From: Candidatus Latescibacterota bacterium
GTDB lineage: Bacteria; Latescibacterota; UBA2968; GCA-2709665
DNA: 64,000 nucleotides
Direction: 5' to 3'
Assembly: GCA_965205485.1 (NCBI GenBank)
Contig: OZ242180.1
Span: forward strand, 704,001-768,000
The translations under genes and the position numbers were made by a program. This document shows, one piece after another, positions 1 to 10,262 of this stretch; positions within the stretch are counted from its first letter, which is position 1, and each line of letters begins with the position of its first letter. The notes below the pieces were generated by a model. It did no database searches, was not told the DNA's origin, and saw only the letters and a program-made list of their open reading frames with translations.

Positions 1-15
1 TACAGGCAACACCGT

Positions 16-627
16 TCAAATGCAAGTCGATATTGACGTCAGGGGCTCACTCTGCCCCGCGCGTTTTTGGTAGATGGACAATGAAGTGCCGCCGTAGGTC
101 TTCCTGACGTTCAGTGAAAGGCGTTGGCCAGTGTCGGGCATGTCAAGGTCTGCAGCGTGTTGAATGAGGATATGGGCGGAAGAAGCAACGAGGTCCGATC
201 CGCTCAGGCGGAAGAGTACAGACCGTGCCGCAGGAACGCCGTTCAGTTTCAGCTGGTACGGAGGGTCAACGTAAATGACATCGAAAGGCCGTTGTTCAGA
301 CTCCAGCAGCGGCAGGAGTCTTTCCGCACGATGGTTCGTGAGGCGGACCTGTTTTTCAGCCCCCCATTCCTTCAGCAGTCTCGAAATAGAGCCGTGCCTG
401 CGACGATCCGGTTCATTCAGAAGCACGCGTGCCCCGCGGCTGTACGCCTCGAGGCCGATCTGGCCTGAACAGGAAAACAGATCGAGAAAACGAAGATGAT
501 CGAGCCTGGCGCCCAGAATGTTGAATGCGGCCTCTTTGATCCTTGACGGCGTTACGCGGGCGTTACCGTGTTTTCTGACGTCAAAGGGGATGGTCCGGCC
601 CTTGAATTTGCCGGTGATAATGCGCAT
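16..627 (-). CDS. rsmD: 16S rRNA m2G966 methyltransferase RsmD-like
   Basis: MRIITGKFKGR N-terminus, LDLFSCSGQIGLEAYSRGA SAM-binding motif, DPPY motif, YGGT C-terminus. Confidence 0.85.
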   Translation of the reverse strand: MRIITGKFKGRTIPFDVRKHGNARVTPSRIKEAAFNILGARLDHLRFLDLFSCSGQIGLEAYSRGARVLLNEPDRRRHGSISRLLKEWGAEKQVRLTNHRAERLLPLLESEQRPFDVIYVDPPYQLKLNGVPAARSVLFRLSGSDLVASSAHILIQHAADLDMPDTGQRLSLNVRKTYGGTSLSIYQKRAGQSEPLTSISTCI

Positions 628-703
628 GAGAAAGAAAGAAGCGAATGAGTCGGATGACGGTGGCGGTATCGCGGGCGGTCAGTGAGTCATGGACGGCCGC
701 ACC

Positions 704-3700
704 TTAAAACCCCTCCAGTCTGCTCAGGTCCGCAACGCCGTCGGCGAGAGAAGCGATACGCTGAACCAGTGCCAGGCGCGCCTGGCGAAGTACCGGATCT
801 TCATCCATAACCAGGACATCCTCGAAGAAGCGGTTGATCGGACCGCGAAGGTCGGCCAGCACGATTCCAAGGGTACCGATTCCGTCATCCGAAGTGTCCA
901 TTAAGCGTTGGGCCGATTCCCATTTCAGATGCAGGGCCCGCGAGGAAGGGTGCGGGTCTGCCTCAGGATTCAGGGAACAGGATTCATCCAGGTCGCGAAC
1001 GATGCGCTTGCATCTGGCGTATGCATGGAGCGTTTCCGTCCAGTTCTCCGAACGGGCCATCTGATCGAGTCCTTCCACAGTGGTCCGGATCCCGAAGGGG
1101 TCGTCGCATCCGCCCCCAAGCGCCGCCTCGACGACGTCATGTCGAAAACCTTCCTCTTTGAGCTGTACGCCCAGACGTCGCAGGATGAACGTATACGCTT
1201 CGTCCAAGCGATTGGCATCAACCCGGATTGGAAGCCCGGCTGCGGCGGCCTTCAGACCCTTCTTCAGTGAAAAGTGACGACGTTTCCCGACAAGGAGCGC
1301 CAACAGGCCCAGCGCATCCCGACGCAACCCGTAGGGGTCGGCGGTCGACCGGGGTTTGATTCCGGCGCAGAACAGGCCGGCCAGGCTGTCCAGCCGGTCG
1401 GCGATGGAGACCGCGAACCCGGATTCGCCTGAAGGCAGCATATCGCCGGGAAACCGGGGAAGGTAGTGTTCCTGGATGGCTGTCGCCACTTCATCGGTCT
1501 CCTTCGACAACAAGGCGTAGTACCGGCCCATCACGCCCTGAAGGGACGTCATCTCCACGACCATACCGGTGGCCAGATCGGCTTTGCACAGGCGGGCGGC
1601 CCGTTTGGCCGTGGTCATATCCCCTTCCTTGAGGTCCAGAAACGACCCGACGACAGGAAGCAGTTGCTCGACTCGAACGCTCTTGTCCCTCACGGAGCCC
1701 AGTTCTTCCTGGAACGTGAGCGTATCCAGACGCGGCAGGTAGTCCTCCAGGGCTTTCTTGCCGTCTTCCCTGTAGAAGAAGGCGGCGTCCGCATATCTGG
1801 CGCGAACAACATTCTCGTTCCCCCTGACGACTGGATCGGGATCGGTCGGCCGGCCGTTGGACACGGCCACGAACCAGGGCAGCAGCCGACCTGTTTCCGG
1901 GTGCGCCACGGGAAAGCAGCGCTGGTGCTTTTTAAGTACGGTGACCAGGACCTCTTCGGGAAGTTCGAGATGCGATTCGTCGAAACCGCCGCGCAGCGCG
2001 AAAGGCGCTTCGACCAGGTCGGTCACTTCGTCGAGCAGTTCGGGATCTTCCGGAACGCTGCCGCCGACCTCGCGCGCGCGCTCGAGTACCTGATTCCGTA
2101 TGGTTTCCCTTCGCCGTTCGCGGTTGACGATCAGGCCCAGTTCTTCCATCTGCGGGCGATAGGCATCGGCGGACGACAACTGAACGGGCGGGTCGCCATC
2201 GGGCCTCAATCCGTGGCTGGTACGTCCACTCCGGATCCCTGCGAATGGAAACGATATTATCCGGCTTCCGAAAAGGGCGACAATCCAGCGCAGAGGACGG
2301 GGATAGGCGAACCCGTCGGAGTCCCAGCGCATCGTCTTGGGAAAGTTCAATCCGGCGATCAGCCCCGGAAGGAGTTCGGTCAGGACGTCCGGCGTCTCAA
2401 GTCCGGGTTCGTGGCGCCGTGCATAGACATATTCAACGCCCTTGTCGTCTTTCCTGTGTTCAACCGCACAGGTAGAGATGCCCTGACCGCGGCAGAACCC
2501 TTCCAGAGCCCGTGTCGGTTTGCCGTCGTCGTCGAAAGCGGCCCTGACAGCCGGACCGCGTACCTCGCGTTCCCGGTCCGGCTGGCGTCCCTGTAGATTC
2601 CTGACGCGTGCCACAAGCCGTCTGGGCGTGCCCGTTACTTCGATTTCGTCACAGCCAAGCCTCTGTTCCCGAAGAAGCTCGGGAAGGGACCGTTCGAGTT
2701 GCTCGATGCCGGACCGCACGTCATTGGGCGGCAGCTCTTCGGACCCGATCTCCAGAAGCAGGTCGGCGCGCTCCTGTGAACCATCGCCCCGATCGGGTTT
2801 CGGGGCGTCCGCCTCACCGGTTTTCCTGATGAGGGGGTGGCCTGACGCTTCACGCTGTTTTAAAAACCCCTCGGCGACCTGCCTCGCGAGGTCGCGGATC
2901 CGGGCGAAGTACCGCGCACGCTCGGTTACGCCGACGGCGCCACGGGTGTCGAGCAGGTTGAAGGTGTGAGAGCAGCGCAATACGTAGTCATGTGCGGGAA
3001 TCACGAGTCCGCGGTCTATAGCGGCTTTCGCTTCATCATGGAACAGATCGAACATGGACTGCAGGCGCCCGACGTCCGCGTGGTGGAACTCGTAATTGCA
3101 ATACTCCACTTCCTGCTGCCGGAGAATGTCGCCGTAGGAGACCCGTTCGTTCCAGCGGAGTTGCCAGACTTCGCGGACGTCCTGCACGTACATGGCGATA
3201 CGTTCCATGCCGTAGGTGATCTCCACGGGTACCGGGTCGAGCTGCTGGCCTCCGGCCTGCTGGAAATACGTGAACTGGGTGATTTCCAGGCCGTCTAGCC
3301 AGACCTCCCAGCCCAGGCCCCACGCACCCAGGCCGGGCGATTCCCAGTTGTCCTCGACGAAACGGATGTCGTGGCGCCTCCGGTTGAGACCCAACGCCTC
3401 CAGGCTGTCCAGGTAGAGTTCCTGGGGGTTGCCCGGCTCGGGCTTGAGAACAACCTGGTACTGCGTGTGCATCTGCATCCTGTTCGGGTTCTCGCCGAAT
3501 CGACCGTCGTCGGGTCGAAAGCTGGGTTCGACGTAGGCCACGTTCCAGGGCTCCGGCCCCAGCACCCGAAGTGCGGTACCCGGGTTCCATGTACCCGCGC
3601 CCACCTTTTCGCTGAGCGGCTGCCAGATAACACAACCGTGATCCGCCCAGAATCGTTCGAGGCGAAGAATGAGTTCCTGGAAACTCGGTGCGGCCTTCAC

Positions 3701-3748
3701 GGGCCTTTTCCTTTCCGTGTTCCCGGCGGACGATTTCCAAATGGGCAA
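704..3748 (-). CDS. glyQS: Glycine--tRNA ligase, alpha and beta subunits fused in one chain
   Basis: GlyQ motifs ([42 protein letters not shown]) continue in frame into GlyS motifs ([39 protein letters not shown]). Confidence 0.95.
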   Translation of the reverse strand: MPIWKSSAGNTERKRPVKAAPSFQELILRLERFWADHGCVIWQPLSEKVGAGTWNPGTALRVLGPEPWNVAYVEPSFRPDDGRFGENPNRMQMHTQYQVVLKPEPGNPQELYLDSLEALGLNRRRHDIRFVEDNWESPGLGAWGLGWEVWLDGLEITQFTYFQQAGGQQLDPVPVEITYGMERIAMYVQDVREVWQLRWNERVSYGDILRQQEVEYCNYEFHHADVGRLQSMFDLFHDEAKAAIDRGLVIPAHDYVLRCSHTFNLLDTRGAVGVTERARYFARIRDLARQVAEGFLKQREASGHPLIRKTGEADAPKPDRGDGSQERADLLLEIGSEELPPNDVRSGIEQLERSLPELLREQRLGCDEIEVTGTPRRLVARVRNLQGRQPDREREVRGPAVRAAFDDDGKPTRALEGFCRGQGISTCAVEHRKDDKGVEYVYARRHEPGLETPDVLTELLPGLIAGLNFPKTMRWDSDGFAYPRPLRWIVALFGSRIISFPFAGIRSGRTSHGLRPDGDPPVQLSSADAYRPQMEELGLIVNRERRRETIRNQVLERAREVGGSVPEDPELLDEVTDLVEAPFALRGGFDESHLELPEEVLVTVLKKHQRCFPVAHPETGRLLPWFVAVSNGRPTDPDPVVRGNENVVRARYADAAFFYREDGKKALEDYLPRLDTLTFQEELGSVRDKSVRVEQLLPVVGSFLDLKEGDMTTAKRAARLCKADLATGMVVEMTSLQGVMGRYYALLSKETDEVATAIQEHYLPRFPGDMLPSGESGFAVSIADRLDSLAGLFCAGIKPRSTADPYGLRRDALGLLALLVGKRRHFSLKKGLKAAAAGLPIRVDANRLDEAYTFILRRLGVQLKEEGFRHDVVEAALGGGCDDPFGIRTTVEGLDQMARSENWTETLHAYARCKRIVRDLDESCSLNPEADPHPSSRALHLKWESAQRLMDTSDDGIGTLGIVLADLRGPINRFFEDVLVMDEDPVLRQARLALVQRIASLADGVADLSRLEGF

Positions 3749-3749
3749 T

Positions 3750-4952
3750 CTAACCTGTCCCCGAGATCCGCTCGATGGGTGTTGTGGAAACTCTGGCCTT
3801 TACGTTTTTCTGTATCTGCTTGATGGTCCGCTCGACGTTCCGGACTTTTTTTCTGCTGTCGTGAACGCCAACCGTAAGGTCCATCCGGCGGGTCTCGCCG
3901 GCGCTGAGGCTGACGACCCGGCCCTGTTTGCGCTCGAAAGGCTTCGGGTTTGGGTAATTGGTGGCCGGTTCCAGGCCCGTGACGTATCCGTCTTCGCTAG
4001 CGGCGGTATTCTTCCACAGCGTAAAGCAGGGCAACTGGTTGAGCGAGCAGCGCAGACTGGAACCCAGGTTTCCTTTGGCATTCTTGAGCAAGACCGCCGT
4101 CTGTCCGCTGCCCCGCTTTCCCGCCAGTTCGTAAAAGAAGACCTGTTCGACAAAGCCGGATTCCGGCGCCCCGAACTTGCCGTATGTGGAGGCCCCCTTC
4201 CGCGCCGTGGCGTCTCTCGGAGATACGGACTTCACGGGCGCCACAAGGGCGCTGCCCTCTTCCAGCAGCGGAGGGCCGAAATTGCAGTGGTATAACATCT
4301 GCATCTCGGCGGGTTTGTTGTTGAGATTGGTAATCCGATCTGAAATGGTAAAGCAGTTGGAGCCGGGCTCCGTGGAAATGTGCGTGGTCAACCGCAGCGC
4401 GGGGCCGAACATCATGGCTTCGTCCACAACGCCGACCACGGTGATGCGATGCGGCGGAGACATGTCGATGCGTACCTCGACGTGACGCGCGGGGATGTTC
4501 GCGATCTTCCCGTGTAGCGGAAGGAATACCGTCGCCTCGTTTCCGTTGTTGTCGATGACAACGTCGTTCGTCGGCGCGCCGTTGCTCTCCATGCCGCAGC
4601 GAACGATCCATTCGTTGAAGCCCTTCAGCCAGCCGAGTCCGCCCCGGTCGTTCGCATCGACGTGGGCCGGATGGACCAGGTCGCGAACCGGGGATTCCCA
4701 GCCGAGAGGGATACCCCGGTACACGCCCTTCCAAATCCCCATTCCGCGGGTCGGGACGATGGTGAACGAGAAAGCGCCGTTGTCCAATTCAACCAGGTCG
4801 ATACCCGCCTGCAGGCCGCCGTGAAGGGTTTTCTTTTTAACGCTCCACGCATACCCGGTCCCCAGGGAGAGGGTTTCCTCATCCACGCATCCGGACTCGA
4901 CCCATTGGCCGCGATCCACGTCGGTCAGCACGTAACGAAACACGCCGCCCAT
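3750..4952 (-). CDS. Aldose 1-epimerase-like / DUF4432 family protein
   Basis: [54 protein letters not shown] motifs; start moved to ATG 4952 after AAGGAG (ORF track start 5042). Confidence 0.75.
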   Translation of the reverse strand: MGGVFRYVLTDVDRGQWVESGCVDEETLSLGTGYAWSVKKKTLHGGLQAGIDLVELDNGAFSFTIVPTRGMGIWKGVYRGIPLGWESPVRDLVHPAHVDANDRGGLGWLKGFNEWIVRCGMESNGAPTNDVVIDNNGNEATVFLPLHGKIANIPARHVEVRIDMSPPHRITVVGVVDEAMMFGPALRLTTHISTEPGSNCFTISDRITNLNNKPAEMQMLYHCNFGPPLLEEGSALVAPVKSVSPRDATARKGASTYGKFGAPESGFVEQVFFYELAGKRGSGQTAVLLKNAKGNLGSSLRCSLNQLPCFTLWKNTAASEDGYVTGLEPATNYPNPKPFERKQGRVVSLSAGETRRMDLTVGVHDSRKKVRNVERTIKQIQKNVKARVSTTPIERISGTG

Positions 4953-5148
4953 GTAGAACTCCTTGAATAATAGGAGGTTGTAATACAAGACGTGCCTGAA
5001 GCCCAGAGGCCGAAATATACTGTACACCTGACTGCGTGTCAATGAAAGAAGCCTTCCGATACCCGTCCGGATACGGTCGCACGGCTTCCTCCGCCCGGGC
5101 CGACCGACGATTTTCGAGTATCGGATTCACTTTGATTTTCCGGTATAC

Positions 5149-5177
5149 TTGACAATCCCTACGCCGGTCTTTAGCAT
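5149..5177 (+). promoter_or_regulatory. sigma-70 promoter of Mur ligase operon
   Basis: TTGACA-N17-TAGCAT. Confidence 0.6.
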
Positions 5178-5383
5178 GGTGTCAATCCGCGCGTTGGTTG
5201 TAAGAAGCTGTTTTAAAATTCCTGGTGAGTCCCGAGCGCGAGCGAAAATGTGTCGGTCAAGGCGGGCAAATTCGCCCATATTTGGGTATACGGGTGGATT
5301 TGACCAACGCAGACCGACGCTTTTGCAGCCGCGCGAAGACCGCTGGGGGTTTTAAGACAGCTTCTAAGGTGAAAGGAGAGGAC

Positions 5384-6748
5384 GTGGCGGCCCTCAAGAC
5401 GGTTTTTTTCTGCGGCATCGGGGGAAGCGGTATGAGCGCGCTGGCGCAGGTGTTGCGCCATCAGGGAATTGCGGTGAGAGGGTCCGACCGTCGCCGGGAC
5501 AACGGCCAGAGTACGGAGCTGTTTGAGAGACTCCGCGCCGATGGCATCGCGTTGTTCCCGCAGGACGGGTCTGGTGTTGACGATTCCGTGGACGAGCTGA
5601 TCGTGTCTGCCGCGGTGGAGGAACATGTCCCCGACGTGCGCGCCGCACTGCGACGGGCGATTCCGGTGCGAAAGCGCGCGGAAGTGTTGGCCGAACTGTT
5701 CAACAGGGCCGAGGGCGTAGCCGTTGGCGGCACGAGTGGAAAGACGACTGTTGCCGGCATGATCGGCCATATCCTGAAGCAGGCGGGCCGAAACCCTACC
5801 GCGATTCTAGGGGGTTCGCTGCTGAACGACGCGTCACCGCTGTCGGGCAACGCCATCTGCGGCGACTCCGGTCTGCAGGTAATCGAGGCGGATGAGAGCG
5901 ACGGTACGATTGTCCTGTACGAACCTTCAATTTCGGTCCTGACCAATATTTCGCTGGACCACAAGCCATTACGGGAACTGCGCGAGATGTTTCTTGAGTT
6001 TGTCCAAAAGGCCCGTCGGGCGGCCGTGATCAATATGGATTGCGAGCGATCCGCGGCGCTCGACGTGGAGAGGATCGGTTTTGGCGTGGACAATTGCCGC
6101 GCACAGGTCTGCGCTGGAAATGTACGGCCTCTGGCGGATGGCGTGGCGTTTGACGTCAGCGGGACCCGCTTTCGCCTGATGGTGCCCGGCAGGCACAATG
6201 TTTCGAATGCCCTCGCGGCAGCGGCCGCCTGCTCGGCATTGGATGTTCCCCTGGCGCAAACGGCCGACGCCCTGGCGACTTTCCCGGGTATCCGACGGCG
6301 CCTGCAGGTACTGGGTACCGCGGGCGGCGTGACGGTGATCGACGATTTCGCACACAACCCCGACAAGATTGCGGCCACGCTCTCCACGCTCAAGGAACTG
6401 CCCGGAAGGCTGCTGGTGATGTTCCAGCCAACCGGATTCTCGCCGACACGGTTCCTGAAGGACGGGCTGATCGCGGCTTTTTCAACGGGGCTGGAGTGTG
6501 GAGACGTGCTTGCGATGCCGGAGATTTTCTATGCAGGCGGAACCGCGGTGCGTGATATTTCGTCGCGGGATCTGGTCGAAGCGATCTCAGGTCAGGGCGT
6601 TAATGCGGTGTTTTTCAACACGCGAACGGAAATCGCGCGCTGGTTCACTGAAGTAGCGCGACCCGGTGACCGGGTGGTCATCATGGGCGCGCGTGACGAC
6701 ACGCTGACCGATTTCGCCAACGGGATATTGAGGTCATTGGCCTCCTGA
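5384..6748 (+). CDS. murC: MurC/Mpl-family UDP-MurNAc-amino acid/peptide ligase
   Basis: GIGGSGMSALA, GTSGKTT P-loop, EADESDG, DDFAHNP; GTG start after AAAGGAG; outside a dcw cluster so may be a recycling (Mpl-like) paralog. Confidence 0.8.
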   Translation: MAALKTVFFCGIGGSGMSALAQVLRHQGIAVRGSDRRRDNGQSTELFERLRADGIALFPQDGSGVDDSVDELIVSAAVEEHVPDVRAALRRAIPVRKRAEVLAELFNRAEGVAVGGTSGKTTVAGMIGHILKQAGRNPTAILGGSLLNDASPLSGNAICGDSGLQVIEADESDGTIVLYEPSISVLTNISLDHKPLRELREMFLEFVQKARRAAVINMDCERSAALDVERIGFGVDNCRAQVCAGNVRPLADGVAFDVSGTRFRLMVPGRHNVSNALAAAAACSALDVPLAQTADALATFPGIRRRLQVLGTAGGVTVIDDFAHNPDKIAATLSTLKELPGRLLVMFQPTGFSPTRFLKDGLIAAFSTGLECGDVLAMPEIFYAGGTAVRDISSRDLVEAISGQGVNAVFFNTRTEIARWFTEVARPGDRVVIMGARDDTLTDFANGILRSLAS

Positions 6749-6779
6749 AGTCCCACGCGCGTCGCCGATTTAACGTCAT

Positions 6780-7706
6780 TTGATCTGGATTCTGGAGTGT
6801 TCATTGATTGTTCCGCCGAATATACAGTCTGGCGACCTGATCGGCATCGTGTCGCCATCCGGATCGTTCGAACGGAAACGATTGCGTCCGGGCCTTTCGT
6901 ATCTCCGGAAGAGGGGCTTCCGGGTGCGGGTCGGAACGGCGGTTTACCGCCGGGATCGGTACCTCGCGGGACAGGATCTCGATCGCGCGAAGGATCTGAA
7001 CGCCATGTTCGCCGACCCCGAGGTCCGGGCCGTCTTTGCGGCTCGGGGGGGATTCGGTGCGGCGCGGGTACTCGGGTCTCTGGACTATGGGACAATCCGC
7101 GAATGTCCGAAGCCCCTGGTGGGGTTCAGCGATACGACCGCGCTGCAATTGGGGATTCACAATCGCACGGGGATGGTGAGTTACTCCGGCGTGACGTTGT
7201 GTGGTGACGTTACGGCCTCCGGAATGCCGGAAGCAACGGAAACGTCTCTGTGGAACGCGCTCATGCGGGGGCAATTTGACGACATGGCCGGCGTCACGGC
7301 GCTGAGAGGGCGGGGCGCGGAAGGGACGTTGCTGGGCGGTTGTCTCTCGGTTATCGCGTCGCTTTTGGGTACAGGATATCTTCCGGATACGAGTGGCGCT
7401 CTTCTCTTTCTGGAAGACGTGAACGAAGCCCCCTACCGGGTTGACCGCATGCTGACGCAGCTCCGGATGGCGGGCGCGTTCGACCGCGTGGCCGGCCTGG
7501 TGTTCGGGCAGTTTGAAGGTTGCGAGCCGGAACGGGAGGAGGAAGGTACAGTGGACGACGTTCTCCGCGATTTTTCAACTTCAGTCTCCGCCCCGGTCTT
7601 TTGGGGCCTGCCCTATGGGCACGGCGAGGGACGGCGCGTGCTGCCGATCGGCCTCCGGGCCATAGTGGACGGAAGCCGGGGGACGTTGACAATCGAATCT
7701 CAATGA
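6780..7706 (+). CDS. ldcA: LD-carboxypeptidase (peptidase S66)
   Basis: ARGGFG, GFSD (Ser), LEDVNE (Glu), YGHG (His) catalytic triad; exact start uncertain. Confidence 0.9.
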   Translation: MIWILECSLIVPPNIQSGDLIGIVSPSGSFERKRLRPGLSYLRKRGFRVRVGTAVYRRDRYLAGQDLDRAKDLNAMFADPEVRAVFAARGGFGAARVLGSLDYGTIRECPKPLVGFSDTTALQLGIHNRTGMVSYSGVTLCGDVTASGMPEATETSLWNALMRGQFDDMAGVTALRGRGAEGTLLGGCLSVIASLLGTGYLPDTSGALLFLEDVNEAPYRVDRMLTQLRMAGAFDRVAGLVFGQFEGCEPEREEEGTVDDVLRDFSTSVSAPVFWGLPYGHGEGRRVLPIGLRAIVDGSRGTLTIESQ

Positions 7707-7718
7707 AGGTCCGCTCTC

Positions 7719-8567
7719 ATGACGTCAGGGATGACTTGCTTGCGTCGGCTGATTACGGTCTGCCTGGTTGGATCGATGGCGTCGTGCGCGACGATCGGCC
7801 GCATCAATGTATTGAGCACGGAACAGGAAGTAGAAATCGGCCGGGAGGCGGCTCAGGAGATCGAGCGGGACCTCAGGCTCTACAACGATCCCGCCGTGAC
7901 GGCGTACGTCAACGAGCTTGGTCAGACGCTTGCGGGGTACTCCAGTCGTTCCGGTCTGACGTACTATTTCAAAGTCGTGGATTCTGACGAGGTAAACGCA
8001 TTCGCGCTTCCGGGCGGCTGGCTGTACGTGAATCGTGGGCTGATCACAACCGCTGAGAACGAATCGGAACTGGCGGGGGTTATCGGCCACGAAATCGGCC
8101 ACGTAGACAGGAAACACGGCGCCAGGGCCATCAGCCGCCAGTTCGGCGCCGCCGTCATTGTTGAAGCGACCCTGGGCGGAGAGAACGCGTCTGTGCGACG
8201 GCAGGTGCTAAGGCAGGTCGTTGCCGTTTCAACCGGAATTGGACAGTTGAATTATGGTCGGGACGCCGAGCGGGAAGCGGACCGGTTCGCCGTGGAATCA
8301 ACATACGCTACGGGGATCGATCCGGAAGGGACGGCCACCTTTTTCGAAAAGCTGATGGCGATGCAGAAGAAAGAACCCGGACGGCTGGGGCGTCTGTTTT
8401 CCACCCACCCTCCCAGCCGGGAGCGGGTTGAGAATGTGCGGGCACAGATCGGCGGGCTGCCTCCCAAAGCAGGTTTGACGAAGGACTCAAGTCGGTTTCA
8501 GGCAATTAAAGAGAGAATCTTAAAACGCGAGCGGATACGGCGCGGGCAGGAAAGGCGGCGACGATAA
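7719..8567 (+). CDS. M48 family zinc metallopeptidase lipoprotein (BepA/LoiP-like)
   Basis: Lipobox-like MASC, NAFALPGG, HEIGH, EREAD, STHPPS..R. Confidence 0.9.
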   Translation: MTSGMTCLRRLITVCLVGSMASCATIGRINVLSTEQEVEIGREAAQEIERDLRLYNDPAVTAYVNELGQTLAGYSSRSGLTYYFKVVDSDEVNAFALPGGWLYVNRGLITTAENESELAGVIGHEIGHVDRKHGARAISRQFGAAVIVEATLGGENASVRRQVLRQVVAVSTGIGQLNYGRDAEREADRFAVESTYATGIDPEGTATFFEKLMAMQKKEPGRLGRLFSTHPPSRERVENVRAQIGGLPPKAGLTKDSSRFQAIKERILKRERIRRGQERRRR

Positions 8568-8594
8568 CAATACGGACCGGGCCACGGGTCGTAT

Positions 8595-9875
8595 CTATCC
8601 CCGCAGCTTGTCCAGACATTGAAAGTACGACGGGAAGGACTTGTCGACGCAGCCCGGATTCCGTATCGCGATACCAGGCGTTTTCAGGCCGATCAGCGCC
8701 ATGCTCATGGCCATGCGGTGGTCCTCGTACGTGTCGACTTCGGCCGCACGGATGCGCGCGGAAGGATAAACCGTCACAGAGTCGGGCCCGGCGACCGCAC
8801 GGATCCCGAGTTTCGTCAGTTCGGCCGCGACGGCAGCGATGCGGTCGGTCTCCTTGATGCGCAGGTTGGCGATGTTGCGCACCGTTACCGGCCCGGTTGC
8901 AAATGGAGCCAGCGCGCAGAGGGTCTGGACCACGTCGGGCATCGCGTTCATATCCACGTCGATGCCCGAAAGCTGTTCAGGCCCGCGGACCTCAATGCCG
9001 TCCGGCCGGTTGCTGACTGCGCAGCCCATTCTGCCCAGAACCTCCACGAATCCCAAGTCACCCTGTGCGGACTCCGGAGAGAGGTTGCGGACCTTGATGC
9101 GGCCTCCCGTGATCGCCGCGGCGGCGAAGAAATAGGAAGCGTTGGAGGCGTCCGGCTCGATGGGATACTTGGCGGGCGTGTAGCGCTGCCCCGCATTCAC
9201 GTGGAAGACGTATGGGCCGCGTGTGTCGACATTCACGCCGAAATCGCGCATAATATGAATGGTCATGTCGATGTACGGCCTGGAGACAAGGTTGCCTGCA
9301 ACTCGGATCCGGACGTCCTTTCGCGCGTATGGCGCAACCATGAGAAGGGCGGAAAGATACTGGCTGCTCCGGTTTCCCGGCATAACCGTGCGCCCTCCCT
9401 CGAGGCCGGTTCCGTTGACGACCACGGGAGGACACCCGTTTCCAGCCAGGCTCCGCGCGTGAACGCCCAGGGGTCGGAGGCCGTCGATCAGGTCCTGGAT
9501 CGGCCTCTCTCTCATGCGGGGGTCGCCGTCCAGAGTATACTCGCCATAACCAAGAGAGGCATAACCCGTGAGGAAACGGGCCGTTGTGCCCGAGTTGCCA
9601 ATGAAGAGTTTGGCGTTCGGGACCGGTATCCGGCCGCCCGCGCCGTCGACGATGAAGGTGCCCTCGCTTTCAATCCGAATACGGACGCCAAGCGCGGACA
9701 GCGCATCCGCCATATACCGTGTATCGTCGCTTTCGAGGGCGCCGGAAAGACGGCTACGGCCGTTGGCAAGCGCCGCGATCAACAGCGCCCGGTTGGTGTA
9801 GGACTTGGAGCCTGGCACCGACACGTCGGCGTCGACGCGCCGCTGGATCGGATGGATTTCAAGAATATCGGACAT
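8595..9875 (-). CDS. aroA: 3-phosphoshikimate 1-carboxyvinyltransferase
   Basis: PGSKSYTNRAL, GNSGTTARFL, SSQYLSALL, RIKETDR, DHRMAM; start set at MSDILEI. Confidence 0.97.
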   Translation of the reverse strand: MSDILEIHPIQRRVDADVSVPGSKSYTNRALLIAALANGRSRLSGALESDDTRYMADALSALGVRIRIESEGTFIVDGAGGRIPVPNAKLFIGNSGTTARFLTGYASLGYGEYTLDGDPRMRERPIQDLIDGLRPLGVHARSLAGNGCPPVVVNGTGLEGGRTVMPGNRSSQYLSALLMVAPYARKDVRIRVAGNLVSRPYIDMTIHIMRDFGVNVDTRGPYVFHVNAGQRYTPAKYPIEPDASNASYFFAAAAITGGRIKVRNLSPESAQGDLGFVEVLGRMGCAVSNRPDGIEVRGPEQLSGIDVDMNAMPDVVQTLCALAPFATGPVTVRNIANLRIKETDRIAAVAAELTKLGIRAVAGPDSVTVYPSARIRAAEVDTYEDHRMAMSMALIGLKTPGIAIRNPGCVDKSFPSYFQCLDKLRG

Positions 9876-10084
9876 CGTGAGGAGTCTGAGTTGAGGCAGG
9901 GGCGTCGTAACAGCCTCGTCGTGGACCGGAATAAGGTAACGCAATGACGCGGGAAGTCCAATTGAAAAACGCTATTTTCGTGCGGATGCACCCAGGACAC
10001 CGTGTAGATCCGGATGCGGCATTGCAGGCGATTTCCAATGATAGCCCGGGTCGTCTCAGTGAGGCAAACCTGTCAATCTCTCGC

Positions 10085-10113
10085 TTGACATTCCGGCGGA
10101 CGGGAGGTAAGAT
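10085..10113 (+). promoter_or_regulatory. sigma-70 promoter of dnaE
   Basis: TTGACA-N17-TAAGAT. Confidence 0.65.
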
Positions 10114-10262
10114 TATTCAATAGCCGGGATATCCGTGCTCACCGCGGCCGACGCGCCTGCGGGTTTCACGTTCTTCCCCTCCCCGGCACAGTTCCCCCGT
10201 TTCCGGCAGTCCTGTTCTCCCTAAAAATTCCACCCGACCCGGCACATCCGGAGAATCCCTCG

